A DNA stretch of 28,993 bases, from positions 1-28,993 of the IMG/VR virus record IMGVR_UViG_3300029983_000418. One strand, 5' to 3'. Of this stretch, positions 1 through 9,853 are shown one piece after another. A program made the position numbers and the translations under genes. The stretch is from a virus (lineage: Duplodnaviria > Caudoviricetes). A model generated the notes under the pieces. It saw only the letters and a list, made by a program, of their open reading frames with translations, was not told the origin of the DNA and searched no databases. Numbering within the stretch: position 1 is the first letter of the stretch; every line of letters begins with the position of its first letter.

Positions 1-74
1 CTACTATAATAGCATAATTATGAAAAGAGTCACAAGTTCAACTCGTTAACAAGTAAGAAAGAGGGAAAATATGG

Positions 75-287
75 ATGCGATGGATAAGATACGAAGAAAT
101 GAAAAAAAGGATGGAGGCGTTAAGAAAACAGATAGATCAATTGGAAAAATCTATCGAATCATCCGAAGCCTCTTCTAAAGATCGAGATACTAGGATCAAG
201 CAGATGGAAGACATCATGAAGTTTAATAAGAAATCTATCGAGGAATTTAAAGAGAACCTGGGACTACAAGAAGACACCGACCTCTAG
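75..287 (+). CDS. Small coiled-coil hypothetical protein
   Basis: 70-aa charged helical ORF, purine-rich leader, followed by a terminator hairpin. Confidence 0.55.
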   Translation: MRWIRYEEMKKRMEALRKQIDQLEKSIESSEASSKDRDTRIKQMEDIMKFNKKSIEEFKENLGLQEDTDL

Positions 288-292
288 TAACT

Positions 293-329
293 ATACAGGT
301 ACGCCCCTATGCGTACCTGTATCATTTTT
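293..329 (+). terminator. Rho-independent terminator
   Basis: 12-bp perfect stem ATACAGGTACGC/GCGTACCTGTAT, 6-nt loop, then CATTTTT. Confidence 0.7.
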
Positions 330-344
330 GTATGAAGGTGGCAG

Positions 345-1637
345 ATGGTAAACATACATTGGATCGTCAAAGATGACAGCGATAAAACGCGTAACGCCCA
401 CATCCTCTACGCGTGTGGTGGGGATCAAAAAAGTGCCTCTATACTACAATCTCTCGTGTGGATGGCCTCAACACAAGAAAACAAAATTGATTTCTCTCTG
501 GACGAAAGGGAGTCATTCACAGTCAAAAACCTTCCACTTGATAATCTACTTAAAAGTGTCCATAAGGTAAGATCGATGAGTAAAGGGACACTACGCGCAC
601 GGTTACTTGATCTGCAAACGAGGGGCTACATATCCATAGATGGCTACCATCAGAGCTACACCGTTTACCACCACATCATTCAAAAAGCATTCTCGTCAGA
701 GGTTGATAAAATAGTTTCTCGCAAGCGCGGCCCAGGCCGTCCGAGACGTGAAAGCCAAGAAAACAAATTAGTTTCTGAAGAAAACAACGAGAAAACAAAA
801 TTGATTTCTGAAGAAAACAAAATTGATTTTCATGATGAGCGCATAGAGGCGCTTGAGAGCAAGCTTGAGAGCGCTTTCATTGTTATCAAAATGTATGAGA
901 AAAGATTTGAAAAGCTAGAGAAAATGATACACGATGCGGGGCTTGACGATGGCGAGAAAACAAAATTGATTTCTGAGAAAACAAAATTGATTTCTGAGAA
1001 AACAAAATTGATTTCTTCAGAATTGCCTGAACCGGCTTGTGGTGAGGCGGGAGACGGTGAAAAAGAGCCTATAATACTATATAATACTATTACTAATACT
1101 ATTACCCCCCTACCCCCCACCCAAACAAGGAAGGTGGGAAGGAAGAATACCTCTCAGAAAGAAACGAAACCAGTTCAACCCCAACTGCCAGAGAGCAAGT
1201 TATGCTTCTACGGTTATCCACAGGTGGAAAAGTTGTGGATAATGTATCGTACACAATTAGCGGAGATCGGTTTCCAGATATCAGACATCCTCAAAAAAGA
1301 GGAACGTGAGTCATTCGTCAAGGTTGCCGGATGGTTTGAAGACAAACCTGATGATGCATTCTCATCGTACATTGCAGCAGTCAGCAAGAAAGCCGCCGCA
1401 ACTCCCGGCAATTCCAGAAAATATGCGTCTGTTGGCTGGTTAGCCAACCATAACAATTTCAACGATTGGTTTGTTTCCTATTGCCCATCCGTTACTACAC
1501 CCACTCAACCGGCCCCTGAGCCGGAGTTTGAGTCACTTGAAGAACAGCGTGCAAAAATACAGGCAAAACGCGCTATGTCTGGTTTTAACCCAACTGAGTA
1601 TCTACAAAAGAAACGAGAACAGGGGGCACTTGCATGA
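345..1637 (+). CDS. Phage replication initiator (lambda O-like architecture)
   Basis: Probable N-terminal winged HTH (SKGTLRARLLDLQTRGYI), internal iterons and AT-rich tract, translationally coupled to dnaB (ATGA overlap). Confidence 0.75.
   Translation: MVNIHWIVKDDSDKTRNAHILYACGGDQKSASILQSLVWMASTQENKIDFSLDERESFTVKNLPLDNLLKSVHKVRSMSKGTLRARLLDLQTRGYISIDGYHQSYTVYHHIIQKAFSSEVDKIVSRKRGPGRPRRESQENKLVSEENNEKTKLISEENKIDFHDERIEALESKLESAFIVIKMYEKRFEKLEKMIHDAGLDDGEKTKLISEKTKLISEKTKLISSELPEPACGEAGDGEKEPIILYNTITNTITPLPPTQTRKVGRKNTSQKETKPVQPQLPESKLCFYGYPQVEKLWIMYRTQLAEIGFQISDILKKEERESFVKVAGWFEDKPDDAFSSYIAAVSKKAAATPGNSRKYASVGWLANHNNFNDWFVSYCPSVTTPTQPAPEPEFESLEEQRAKIQAKRAMSGFNPTEYLQKKREQGALA
759..1104. repeat. 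Putative iteron origin inside the initiator gene
   Basis: GAGAAAACAAAATTGATTTCT x3 in tandem (954-1016), a perfect copy at 789-809, variants near 759, 811 and 476; AT-rich ATAATACTAT repeats at 1071-1104. Confidence 0.75.
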
Positions 1638-2980
1638 AAGAAAAGATCATGCTCCACGATATCGAAACGGAGCAGACGTTACTTGGATGTATATTCTCCA
1701 ATCCTATTGTGATCGAGGAAATACCATACCTACAGCCTGAGCATTTTTACCGTGCATCACATCAGATCATTTTCGAGGCAATGCTCAACGTGTATAAACG
1801 TTCAAAGCGATTGGACGAGACAATAATTACCGATGAGTTGCGCAAAACTGATAAACTGAGCGATATTGATAATGAGGGGAATAAGTCCTACTTGCAGATA
1901 CTTGCAGATGCATCCTTTGTTTTCGGTAATGTTGACGAATACGGTAGAATTATTCTAAATATGTGGCGGCATCGTTTTCTTGCAAACATAGCCCAACTTG
2001 CTGCATATGGCGCGTATACCGAGGATGATACAGTTTTCGAGGAATTGCAGAAAATGTTTCGTACCATCGAAACCGATGCATCAAGCGTCTCTACTGTCCG
2101 TGATCACCGTTCGATTGTCGATGATTTCCTCTCCACCATGAATAATAAGGTCGTTGGTGATGGGGGACTTGGCATATCCTCGGGTTTCTCACGACTTGAC
2201 GCGGTTATAGGCCGCTTTCAACCAGGGACGCTCACCGTTGTTGCGGCGCGTACTGGTGGGGGGAAAACTGCTATTGGCCTCAACTTTATCGATGCCGCAC
2301 TCAGGCAGCGTAAGAAGGATGGGAGCGGTTTTAACGTGGCCTATCTCTCTCTTGAGATGAGTGATGAGTCTATCGCTAGTAGGTGGCTGTCACAAAATAG
2401 TGAGATCAATACAAACAAATTTCGTAACGGCCTGCTCGATGATACAGAGTGGGAGCGATTTGTAGACGCTGCAACAGAACTACAATCGGTGCCCGGTACG
2501 ATGTTTACGCTACGCCCACGCAATAACTTGCTCCCCCCGATGCGTGCGCAACTGCTACAGTTACGCCGTGATCATGGCATCGATATGATCGTCCTCGACT
2601 ATCTCCAAAAGTGCAAAATGGCAGAGGGCCGTGATCGTGATGAGAAACGTATCGAGATCGAGGAAGCTGTGATATGGTGTCGAACGATTGCGCAAGAGTT
2701 AGGTGTCCCGTTTATCTGCCTTGCACAGCTTAATCGTGAAAGCGAGAGTGCAACCCGTCCGACAATGGCGCACATCAAGGAGGCATCGGCAATCGAACAA
2801 GAAGCCGATATCGTTTTGCTCATCCAGAAACATGTTGATCCAAATAATCCGAATCCCCCCAACTGGAATGCAACGCTCATTGTTGATAAGAATCGGGACG
2901 GCATGAAGACAGACATCAAAATGAACTATGTAGGTGCCTGGACAAAGTTCCGTGAAGGGAGCATATCGGCAGATGAGTAG
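1634..2980 (+). CDS. dnaB: Replicative DNA helicase, DnaB family
   Basis: N-terminal EQTLLG/HFYRASHQIIF, Walker A ARTGGGKT, SLEMS, IVLDYLQ, LAQLNR, IEQEAD, KNRDG. Confidence 0.95.
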   Translation: MKEKIMLHDIETEQTLLGCIFSNPIVIEEIPYLQPEHFYRASHQIIFEAMLNVYKRSKRLDETIITDELRKTDKLSDIDNEGNKSYLQILADASFVFGNVDEYGRIILNMWRHRFLANIAQLAAYGAYTEDDTVFEELQKMFRTIETDASSVSTVRDHRSIVDDFLSTMNNKVVGDGGLGISSGFSRLDAVIGRFQPGTLTVVAARTGGGKTAIGLNFIDAALRQRKKDGSGFNVAYLSLEMSDESIASRWLSQNSEINTNKFRNGLLDDTEWERFVDAATELQSVPGTMFTLRPRNNLLPPMRAQLLQLRRDHGIDMIVLDYLQKCKMAEGRDRDEKRIEIEEAVIWCRTIAQELGVPFICLAQLNRESESATRPTMAHIKEASAIEQEADIVLLIQKHVDPNNPNPPNWNATLIVDKNRDGMKTDIKMNYVGAWTKFREGSISADE

Positions 2981-3440
2981 ATGCGACTACTGCCAACGTA
3001 CTGCGCAAATAGGCAAAAATACATGCCTACGATGCGACAAGGCATTTGCCGATATGATAACCGTCAATGACGAGGCTATACAATCAATGACCTCTGACGG
3101 CTCTCGTGACACGATTTTAATGGACGAGGCTATAGAGCTGTTTCAATCGAGAATAGCCCCCTTTCAAGATGCCCGGTATAATGATCGGGCTATCGTGCTA
3201 ACCGCCTACATTGCCGATAATGACTTGCTTATGAATGTTGAGAGCATCTATCCGCACTTCTTCACCCAGTTAGATGCCCTCTTCTTCACGCGTAGCCTGG
3301 ACACGCAAGATGCGCTTGCCTCTGCCTACCATTTTGCGCGTACCTACGTTGGTCCCGATGCCTATGATATCCGGTTCAAATCTGAGATCTATCGAAAAGA
3401 GGTGCAAAACTATATTGACTTCCTCTCAGAATTAGTGTAA
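2973..3440 (+). CDS. Hypothetical protein with N-terminal CxxC..CxxC
   Basis: Likely start MSRCDYC overlapping the end of dnaB. Confidence 0.6.
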   Translation: MSRCDYCQRTAQIGKNTCLRCDKAFADMITVNDEAIQSMTSDGSRDTILMDEAIELFQSRIAPFQDARYNDRAIVLTAYIADNDLLMNVESIYPHFFTQLDALFFTRSLDTQDALASAYHFARTYVGPDAYDIRFKSEIYRKEVQNYIDFLSELV

Positions 3441-3474
3441 AATGACAAATATACTAGTGAAGAAAGGAACAGTA

Positions 3475-5673
3475 ATGATTGACTATGCAGATTTCTTAAA
3501 AGAGAAAAAGCGGGTAGCGTCAACCGTGGGGATTGACGTATCGCTAGATGACATCAACCCGATCCTCTTTGACTTCCAGAGGGTGCTTGTCCAGTGGGCA
3601 CTGCGCAAAGGACGTGCTGCGCTCTTCGTCGATACTGGACTCGGCAAAACATTCTGTCAGGTGGAGTGGGCGCGTTTAGTTGGGGGTACATCACTAATCG
3701 TGGCCCCGCTCTCAGTGGCCCGGCAAACTGTCAATGAGGCGGCAAAGATCGGTGTTGATGTCCACTATACTCGTAGTGGCGACGACGTTATCAAAGATGG
3801 CATCAACATCACGAACTACGAGATGTTAGATCATTTTGATCCTACTATGTTTCGATCAATCGTCCTCGATGAGAGTAGCATCCTCAAATCACTGGACGGC
3901 AAAACAAAGACAAAGCTCATAGATTTGTTTCGTGATGTCCCATATAAGCTCTGTTGCACTGCTACACCTGCACCAAACGACGTGACAGAGCTGACCAACC
4001 ATGCCGAATTCTTGAATGTCATGACGCGCACTGAGATGCTCTCCATGTTCTTTGTCCATGACAATAGCAACGGTTCAGGCAGTGGATGGCGGCTTAAGAG
4101 ACACGCTGAAACCGCATTCTATCGGTGGCTGGCATCATGGTCAATGAGCGTTAAAAAGCCGTCTGATATTGGTTTCTCTGATGAGGGGTATATTCTCCCT
4201 GCACTTCATGTGATCCCTGCATTTGTCGAAACCGATTATAGCCCCCCTGATCAGCTCTTCTTTACCGGGCTTCATGGTATCCAGGACCGGGCGAAAGCAC
4301 GCAAAGGCACGATCAATGAGCGCATCAATCATATCGTGTCAATGGTAAGCGAAAGCTCCCAACAATGGATACTCTGGTGTGGTATGAATGAGGAGAGTGC
4401 AACTCTCGCAAAGCTCATCCCAGATAGTGTTGAAGTGACGGGGAGTGACTCACCCGACAAAAAGATTGATGCCATTGAGCGGTTTCAGCGTGGGGATATC
4501 CGTGTCCTCATAACAAAACCCAAAATAGCTGGATTTGGCATCAACCTACAAAACTGTTTCAACATGGCATTCATCGGCCTCTCTGATAGCTTTGAAGCGT
4601 ACTACCAGTGCGTTCGCAGGTGCTATCGATTCGGGCAAAAGATGCCCGTGTTTGCATACATTGTCCTCGCCGATATTGAGCGCGAGATTTACGCAAATGT
4701 TATGGAGAAAGAGCAAGAAGCAAAGGAAATGAGCGATAAGCTTATCGACTGTGTAAAGGAGTCAGAGATGGAAGAACTAGCGTTAGCAGAACGCAAGGAA
4801 GAATATAGGACGGATACGATCCGTGAGAACCAATACACAATCATGCTCGGTGACAGTTGTGAGCGGCTAGCAGAGGTGGCCGACAACTCTATCGATATGG
4901 CGCTTTTCTCTCCCCCCTTTGAGTCACTTTATACCTATTCCCCAACGGAGCGCGATCTGGGCAATAGCAAAACATCGGATGAATTTTACACTCATTTCAA
5001 CTACATCATCGACCATTTGTTACGGGCCATTAAACCAGGGCGTAACTGTTGCGTGCATGTGCAACAGTTAGCCGCCAGCCTTATCAATGATGGATACATC
5101 GGCCTGAAAGATTTTCGCGGGGATGTGATCCGGGCATTCATTGCCCGTGGTTTCATCTATCATGGTGAAATCTGCATTCAAAAAAATCCACAGTCTCAAG
5201 CCGTACGCACAAAGGCTAAAGGGCTTATGTTCGTGCAGCTCCATAAAGATAGTTCATGGCTCAGGCCCGGTCTCGCTGATTATATCGTGGTGTTTCGCAA
5301 GCCCGGTGAGAATGCGGTGCCCATCCATCCAAACATCTCTCATGACGACTGGATTAAGTGGGCGCATCCGGTCTGGTACGACATCAAGGAGAGCGATACG
5401 CTCAACGTTGCGGAAGGGCGCGATAAAGACGATGAGAAGCACGTTTGTCCCTTACAATTGCAAACCATTGAGCGATGCGTCAGGCTATGGAGTAACCCCG
5501 GTGAAACGATCCTCTCGCCATTTATGGGCATCGGCAGTGAAGGATATGAGTCGGTTCGGCATGATCGCAAGTTTGTTGGTATTGAGCTAAAACCGTCCTA
5601 TTTTCAGGCGGCTCAGAAGAATTTAGCGCGTGCGGTTGCCACAAAGCAGCAAGCAACTCTCTTTGACCTGTGA
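3475..5673 (+). CDS. SF2 (SNF2-like) helicase fused to a beta-class N4/N6 DNA methyltransferase
   Basis: Helicase motifs DTGLGKT, DESS, TATPAPN, QCVRRCYRFGQ; MTase motif IV FSPPF precedes motif I SPFMGIGS; AAGGA RBS before ATG 3475. Confidence 0.9.
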   Translation: MIDYADFLKEKKRVASTVGIDVSLDDINPILFDFQRVLVQWALRKGRAALFVDTGLGKTFCQVEWARLVGGTSLIVAPLSVARQTVNEAAKIGVDVHYTRSGDDVIKDGINITNYEMLDHFDPTMFRSIVLDESSILKSLDGKTKTKLIDLFRDVPYKLCCTATPAPNDVTELTNHAEFLNVMTRTEMLSMFFVHDNSNGSGSGWRLKRHAETAFYRWLASWSMSVKKPSDIGFSDEGYILPALHVIPAFVETDYSPPDQLFFTGLHGIQDRAKARKGTINERINHIVSMVSESSQQWILWCGMNEESATLAKLIPDSVEVTGSDSPDKKIDAIERFQRGDIRVLITKPKIAGFGINLQNCFNMAFIGLSDSFEAYYQCVRRCYRFGQKMPVFAYIVLADIEREIYANVMEKEQEAKEMSDKLIDCVKESEMEELALAERKEEYRTDTIRENQYTIMLGDSCERLAEVADNSIDMALFSPPFESLYTYSPTERDLGNSKTSDEFYTHFNYIIDHLLRAIKPGRNCCVHVQQLAASLINDGYIGLKDFRGDVIRAFIARGFIYHGEICIQKNPQSQAVRTKAKGLMFVQLHKDSSWLRPGLADYIVVFRKPGENAVPIHPNISHDDWIKWAHPVWYDIKESDTLNVAEGRDKDDEKHVCPLQLQTIERCVRLWSNPGETILSPFMGIGSEGYESVRHDRKFVGIELKPSYFQAAQKNLARAVATKQQATLFDL

Positions 5674-5698
5674 TTTCTTATGAAGAAAGGGATAAGTA

Positions 5699-6025
5699 AT
5701 GACACAATTTCATCAAGAGGGGCAACGCGTGAGCGGTACACAGTATAACGTCGGTGGGGATATTGGCACGAAGGGGCATGACCGGTACTACCGGGTAGAC
5801 TATACTCGCGCAGGGGAGGAAGTCACCTTTGGTGAGCGCACAAAATACGGATATCTGGAAGGAAAGATTCTCTTTCTTGCTGCTGATATCGTTCTCGACG
5901 TACCGCTACGAGCATGGCCTATGCTGCTCCGCAACCGGTTTATCCTGAGTGGACACTCAGAAGAGACACGACTATCCGACATGGTGAAGAAACTGGAAGA
6001 ACAAGGATTCAAGAGGGAAGAGTAA
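5699..6025 (+). CDS. Hypothetical protein
   Basis: ORF with AAGGG RBS. Confidence 0.6.
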   Translation: MTQFHQEGQRVSGTQYNVGGDIGTKGHDRYYRVDYTRAGEEVTFGERTKYGYLEGKILFLAADIVLDVPLRAWPMLLRNRFILSGHSEETRLSDMVKKLEEQGFKREE

Positions 6026-6136
6026 CATGCGTGATGTTATGGTTTTCCTTTACGGAATATCCGCCGCTCTTACGTTTCTTGTCGTGTGTTCGTGTATAAG
6101 TAGAATTGCAACATGGTTGAAAGAAAGGGAATAGTC

Positions 6137-6475
6137 ATGGGTAACAAAAAGTACTATCTCTGCAATATCAAAAACGAGCAGGTTCTAGCTGAGTTCTACG
6201 ACAAAGACGATTGTGAAGGTTTCATGTTTGCTATGAATGATTGGCATGATCATCATGACATAGAAAACCAGGGGTCATACACAATCGTTGAAGCAACATC
6301 CACTATCCAGGCATCTGACATTCTAGAGGTTGCAGCACATGCAAAGAACTGCAAATATGCCGCAGTTCTGATTGAGGCAAAGCGTCTTGATGGAGATGAG
6401 CGGATACAATTTGCGGATAAATGGTTCGCACTCATGCGTTTTATGAATGCCTCGAAGTTCTGGCAAGCTGATTAA
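6137..6475 (+). CDS. Hypothetical protein
   Basis: AAAGGGA RBS before MGNKKYY. Confidence 0.6.
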   Translation: MGNKKYYLCNIKNEQVLAEFYDKDDCEGFMFAMNDWHDHHDIENQGSYTIVEATSTIQASDILEVAAHAKNCKYAAVLIEAKRLDGDERIQFADKWFALMRFMNASKFWQAD

Positions 6476-6528
6476 GGCTTGACCAATATATCGATCATGC
6501 GTTATGCTCTTAAAAAAGGAGGAAACGC

Positions 6529-6924
6529 ATGATCGATACTATTTTTCATACCGAGCGAGAAGACGAACTTCATTATATGCCCTATTCTGTCTACCTCAAA
6601 ACGCCGGAGTGGTTAGCAACGCGTGAGCGGATCTTGCTCCGTGACGGCTACCGGTGTCGTTTATGCGGGCGAGATAGGGCATGTAAAGACAGCCAGGGTC
6701 GGGCTATCGTGTTAGTCGTACATCACAACTCCTACGATCATCGAGGCTATGAATTAGATCATGAACTGATCACTCTCTGCAAACAAGAACACGATCTTTT
6801 TCATGCCATGAATCCAGATTTCCCCCGATCCTACGGTAGACCAAAGAAGCAACGAACGATAAAACGAGCAGAAAAGCGCAACACCGATCCCAAAACATTG
6901 CCGAAAATGCGTATGCTGTTTTGA
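6529..6924 (+). CDS. HNH endonuclease
   Basis: YLKTPEW..R..ILLRDGYRCRLCG, VHH, LITLCKQEH..FH; AGGAGG RBS. Confidence 0.85.
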   Translation: MIDTIFHTEREDELHYMPYSVYLKTPEWLATRERILLRDGYRCRLCGRDRACKDSQGRAIVLVVHHNSYDHRGYELDHELITLCKQEHDLFHAMNPDFPRSYGRPKKQRTIKRAEKRNTDPKTLPKMRMLF

Positions 6925-6933
6925 GGAAAGATT

Positions 6934-6962
6934 TTGACAAAATTATCACTTCATGCTATGAT
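6934..6962 (+). promoter_or_regulatory. sigma70-type promoter
   Basis: TTGACA-17 bp-TATGAT. Confidence 0.65.
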
Positions 6963-7004
6963 GGTTGGGTCAGTATTGACCCAATGAAGAAAGGAAACAA
7001 ACGT

Positions 7005-8138
7005 ATGCCTGATGAGAAGATCATCGAGAGTAACAGGGTGACGATCCGGTCACTGATTGCCAATTGGGAGTATTATTATAATATCCCCGATTGGCAACGC
7101 GGCCCCGTATGGGCTAAGCCAAAACAGCGCGGTTTCATCCGTACACTACTTGAGGGCAACTACGCAAATGCAATCGTGTTCTACCCGGAGAACGGGAAAC
7201 GGTATGTCCTTGACGGCCAACAACGCCTGAACGCTATTCGTGCCTTCGTCGATGGTCGATTAGGTCTCTATAGCAATAACATGGGGCGTTATTACCGAGA
7301 CCTCAAAGAAAACGATCTAAACAAATTTCTCAATTATTCCATCACTTTTGACACGCTGCATGGATGGTCACTTGATGGTATCATTGAGAGCTACATTGCA
7401 ATCCAGAATCTCCAGGCACAGAAGGCATCGGAGAAGCAATTTGCGTACTCCACCACGACAGAGATCGGAAAGTTTGCCCGCACACTGGCAACGGAGAACC
7501 CGTTCTTTTCTCAAGTTTACATTGCCAATGAATACAAAGGCGATTACAGCATGGCACTCTACCCTATTGCAATGGAGCGATTGGGGGGACTTGCAGGCAT
7601 GGATACACCGTCCATTAATGCGCTTGTGAAGGGTGTAAGCCACGGTGTCATCCTTACCGATGCCATGAAGTACCGCGTCGATGAGAACCTTACCTATGCC
7701 GCTTTGCTGTTTAGCGGTATCAAAACAAAAGCACGAACGGCTGTCATCCCGATCTACCAGTCAATCGCATTCTTACGCCTCTGTGGCTATGATCTGGACC
7801 ATTCCGAAAGCGGCGCACTTGCCGCATGGTTTAGGGAAAGTGTTGACGATGATCACAAACAAGTTTCATTTGTTGATGGCGTGCTGCATCATATCTACCG
7901 ACGTGGTGCCCAAGAAACATTCTGGTTGAATCAACTCAGAGCAATGGCCTCATCGCCCGGCCTTCTCCCCGGAGAGAACAGCACACGGCAAATTAATCGC
8001 CTCTATTCCTGGATGTACCGCAATGGGAAATGCATCCACTGTGGGGAGTCAGTTCGCCCTTCCCATTTTGATGAGCACGCCTTTAGTGCCGGTGACACCT
8101 GCAAAACACAACAAGCACAACCAGTCAACGCAGACTAA
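7005..8138 (+). CDS. DUF262 (GmrS-like, ParB/Srx fold) domain protein
   Basis: IPDWQRGPVW and VLDGQQRL motifs; C-terminal CxxC..H..C; start refined to ATG 7005 from the promoter and RBS. Confidence 0.85.
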   Translation: MPDEKIIESNRVTIRSLIANWEYYYNIPDWQRGPVWAKPKQRGFIRTLLEGNYANAIVFYPENGKRYVLDGQQRLNAIRAFVDGRLGLYSNNMGRYYRDLKENDLNKFLNYSITFDTLHGWSLDGIIESYIAIQNLQAQKASEKQFAYSTTTEIGKFARTLATENPFFSQVYIANEYKGDYSMALYPIAMERLGGLAGMDTPSINALVKGVSHGVILTDAMKYRVDENLTYAALLFSGIKTKARTAVIPIYQSIAFLRLCGYDLDHSESGALAAWFRESVDDDHKQVSFVDGVLHHIYRRGAQETFWLNQLRAMASSPGLLPGENSTRQINRLYSWMYRNGKCIHCGESVRPSHFDEHAFSAGDTCKTQQAQPVNAD

Positions 8139-8142
8139 CGAT

Positions 8143-8180
8143 AAAAGAAAAGTGAGTGAAAACACACTCACTTTTCTTTT
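8143..8180. terminator. Bidirectional terminator
   Basis: 16-bp perfect inverted repeat AAAAGAAAAGTGAGTG/CACTCACTTTTCTTTT. Confidence 0.8.
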
Positions 8181-8188
8181 CCTCCCTA

Positions 8189-8217
8189 TTGACAAATGTA
8201 TTAGAGTATGATAATAT
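8189..8217 (+). promoter_or_regulatory. sigma70-type promoter
   Basis: TTGACA-17 bp-TAATAT with TGn extension. Confidence 0.65.
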
Positions 8218-8256
8218 GAGAATACACTAAGAAACAAAATATGAAAGGAAAGCACA

Positions 8257-8556
8257 TTGCAGATTATCCATGTATTAGACGATGGTGGTGTTATAACGTA
8301 CATCACAGAGGATATGTATCAAGCTTTGAAGCATGCTGGTGGGGCGCCATTTGACGCGTTTCTGGAAGAGCCATACAATATGGCCTATCTTCGAGATGAG
8401 GTGAGGGTCCGAGACTACATTCAGGCTCTTCAAACTCAGGCTAATATCATGCGGGCCGGGGCGGTGAGCCGATGGGTTCACCGTACACAATTAGAAGAGG
8501 CCCGGCAATTTATATCCGACGCTATTGAGCCGTATCAAGAAGGAGATGATAGATAA
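8257..8556 (+). CDS. Hypothetical protein
   Basis: TTG start with AAAGGA RBS, first gene after the promoter. Confidence 0.6.
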   Translation: MQIIHVLDDGGVITYITEDMYQALKHAGGAPFDAFLEEPYNMAYLRDEVRVRDYIQALQTQANIMRAGAVSRWVHRTQLEEARQFISDAIEPYQEGDDR

Positions 8557-8936
8557 TGGGAAACAAAGTACGCGCCGGGCGCTACATGATGAATGTCGTT
8601 GACCGGAGCAACCCGGTCTATGTCGAATACTTTACCTATGACGAATGGCACAGAGATGCCAAATACTCGATACGGGCAAATGTCCACTTTGGAGAAGTGC
8701 GCCTCGTCGATGACTCTGCTGAGACCGCCGCCACGTATATCGTTGCATGGCAGTACATCCTGAACAATCAGAAGAAGTCGTTTGGCTTATCATGGGCCAA
8801 TCCTATGACGCACTACGATAACAAAGAGTACGATATTCAGCGCGATCTAAAAGCCTCGCTAGAGCTGCCAGACGACGTTGAATTAGATAACGATGACTAT
8901 TATGATACGGATGATATCCAGTCTGGAAAGTGGTGA
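8556..8936 (+). CDS. Hypothetical protein with acidic tail
   Basis: TAATG coupling, AAGGAG RBS. Confidence 0.65.
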   Translation: MGNKVRAGRYMMNVVDRSNPVYVEYFTYDEWHRDAKYSIRANVHFGEVRLVDDSAETAATYIVAWQYILNNQKKSFGLSWANPMTHYDNKEYDIQRDLKASLELPDDVELDNDDYYDTDDIQSGKW

Positions 8937-9853
8937 GAGACATGGATGATGAACTGGTACGCGTCTATATTCAGAGAGAGGAAGGGGGGGGATACCTCCC
9001 CTATGATGTCCCCACATTCGACATCACCAATGACGAAAACGGATCGTCTGTGTTGATCGACAAGTGGCGATACAGCTTGATATCGTCAATCAATAAAGAA
9101 GAGGAACCATTTGGGGCCGGGTACTTCTATCACTATGATGAGGCCGATGATAGGGTTGTTGTGCTCGTTCACCATCATAGTGATGATCTTTTCTTTGATG
9201 ATCTCTATCTCTATGAGACGACTCTCACCTATGACCACTGTGTTATCACCTTTGACTACGTTGACCCCTACCTACGCAATCTCATTATGCGAGATTATGT
9301 AGCCGATCAGCTCTTATCAATGAGCGAGGTAGAGCAAAACGGTGTCCTGGGTGTGTTTGTGGAGGCCGTAGAGGAAGAGGTGATTAATCCCCGCATTGCC
9401 CGCTACGGGGGGCGACAGCGTACGTCTCTTGCCGATTGGAAGCTCTTTGAGCAGTTCTCCATTGACCATCCTGAGCTTTACGTGTTTTCTCATGTGCTTG
9501 CTGAGCACGCGATCCTTTATGGGCGTATGCGGTCTCAGCATGAGCAGAACTTGAGCGCGATGCAATCCTACTGGTTCTGTGGCATGGAGATGCAATTAGA
9601 AACCATTGCCGACCTCCCTCTACGCAAGTGGAATGGTGGATGTACGATTGTGGCAGACGTTGAGAGTCGCTATTATAGCCGTATCTTCATCGATATTGAC
9701 TCTATATCGCACATGTGCGATATCCAGATCGTCTCTATGAATAATAACGAGAAAATAGAACTCACCAGAATTGACATTCTTGAGACACTCCGGTATCTCA
9801 CACTGCTCAATTTTGATCATGAGAATGAAAAAATAGGATGGTCATTGGAATGA
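8930..9853 (+). CDS. Acidic hypothetical protein
   Basis: 307-aa ORF in a tightly packed operon. Confidence 0.65.
   Translation: MVRDMDDELVRVYIQREEGGGYLPYDVPTFDITNDENGSSVLIDKWRYSLISSINKEEEPFGAGYFYHYDEADDRVVVLVHHHSDDLFFDDLYLYETTLTYDHCVITFDYVDPYLRNLIMRDYVADQLLSMSEVEQNGVLGVFVEAVEEEVINPRIARYGGRQRTSLADWKLFEQFSIDHPELYVFSHVLAEHAILYGRMRSQHEQNLSAMQSYWFCGMEMQLETIADLPLRKWNGGCTIVADVESRYYSRIFIDIDSISHMCDIQIVSMNNNEKIELTRIDILETLRYLTLLNFDHENEKIGWSLE

Noticed and set aside
5141-5590. 149-aa alternative-frame ORF, and similar shadow ORFs within dnaB, DUF262 and DUF932
   Set aside because: No motifs or RBS; fully overlaps conserved genes, unlike the intein HNH
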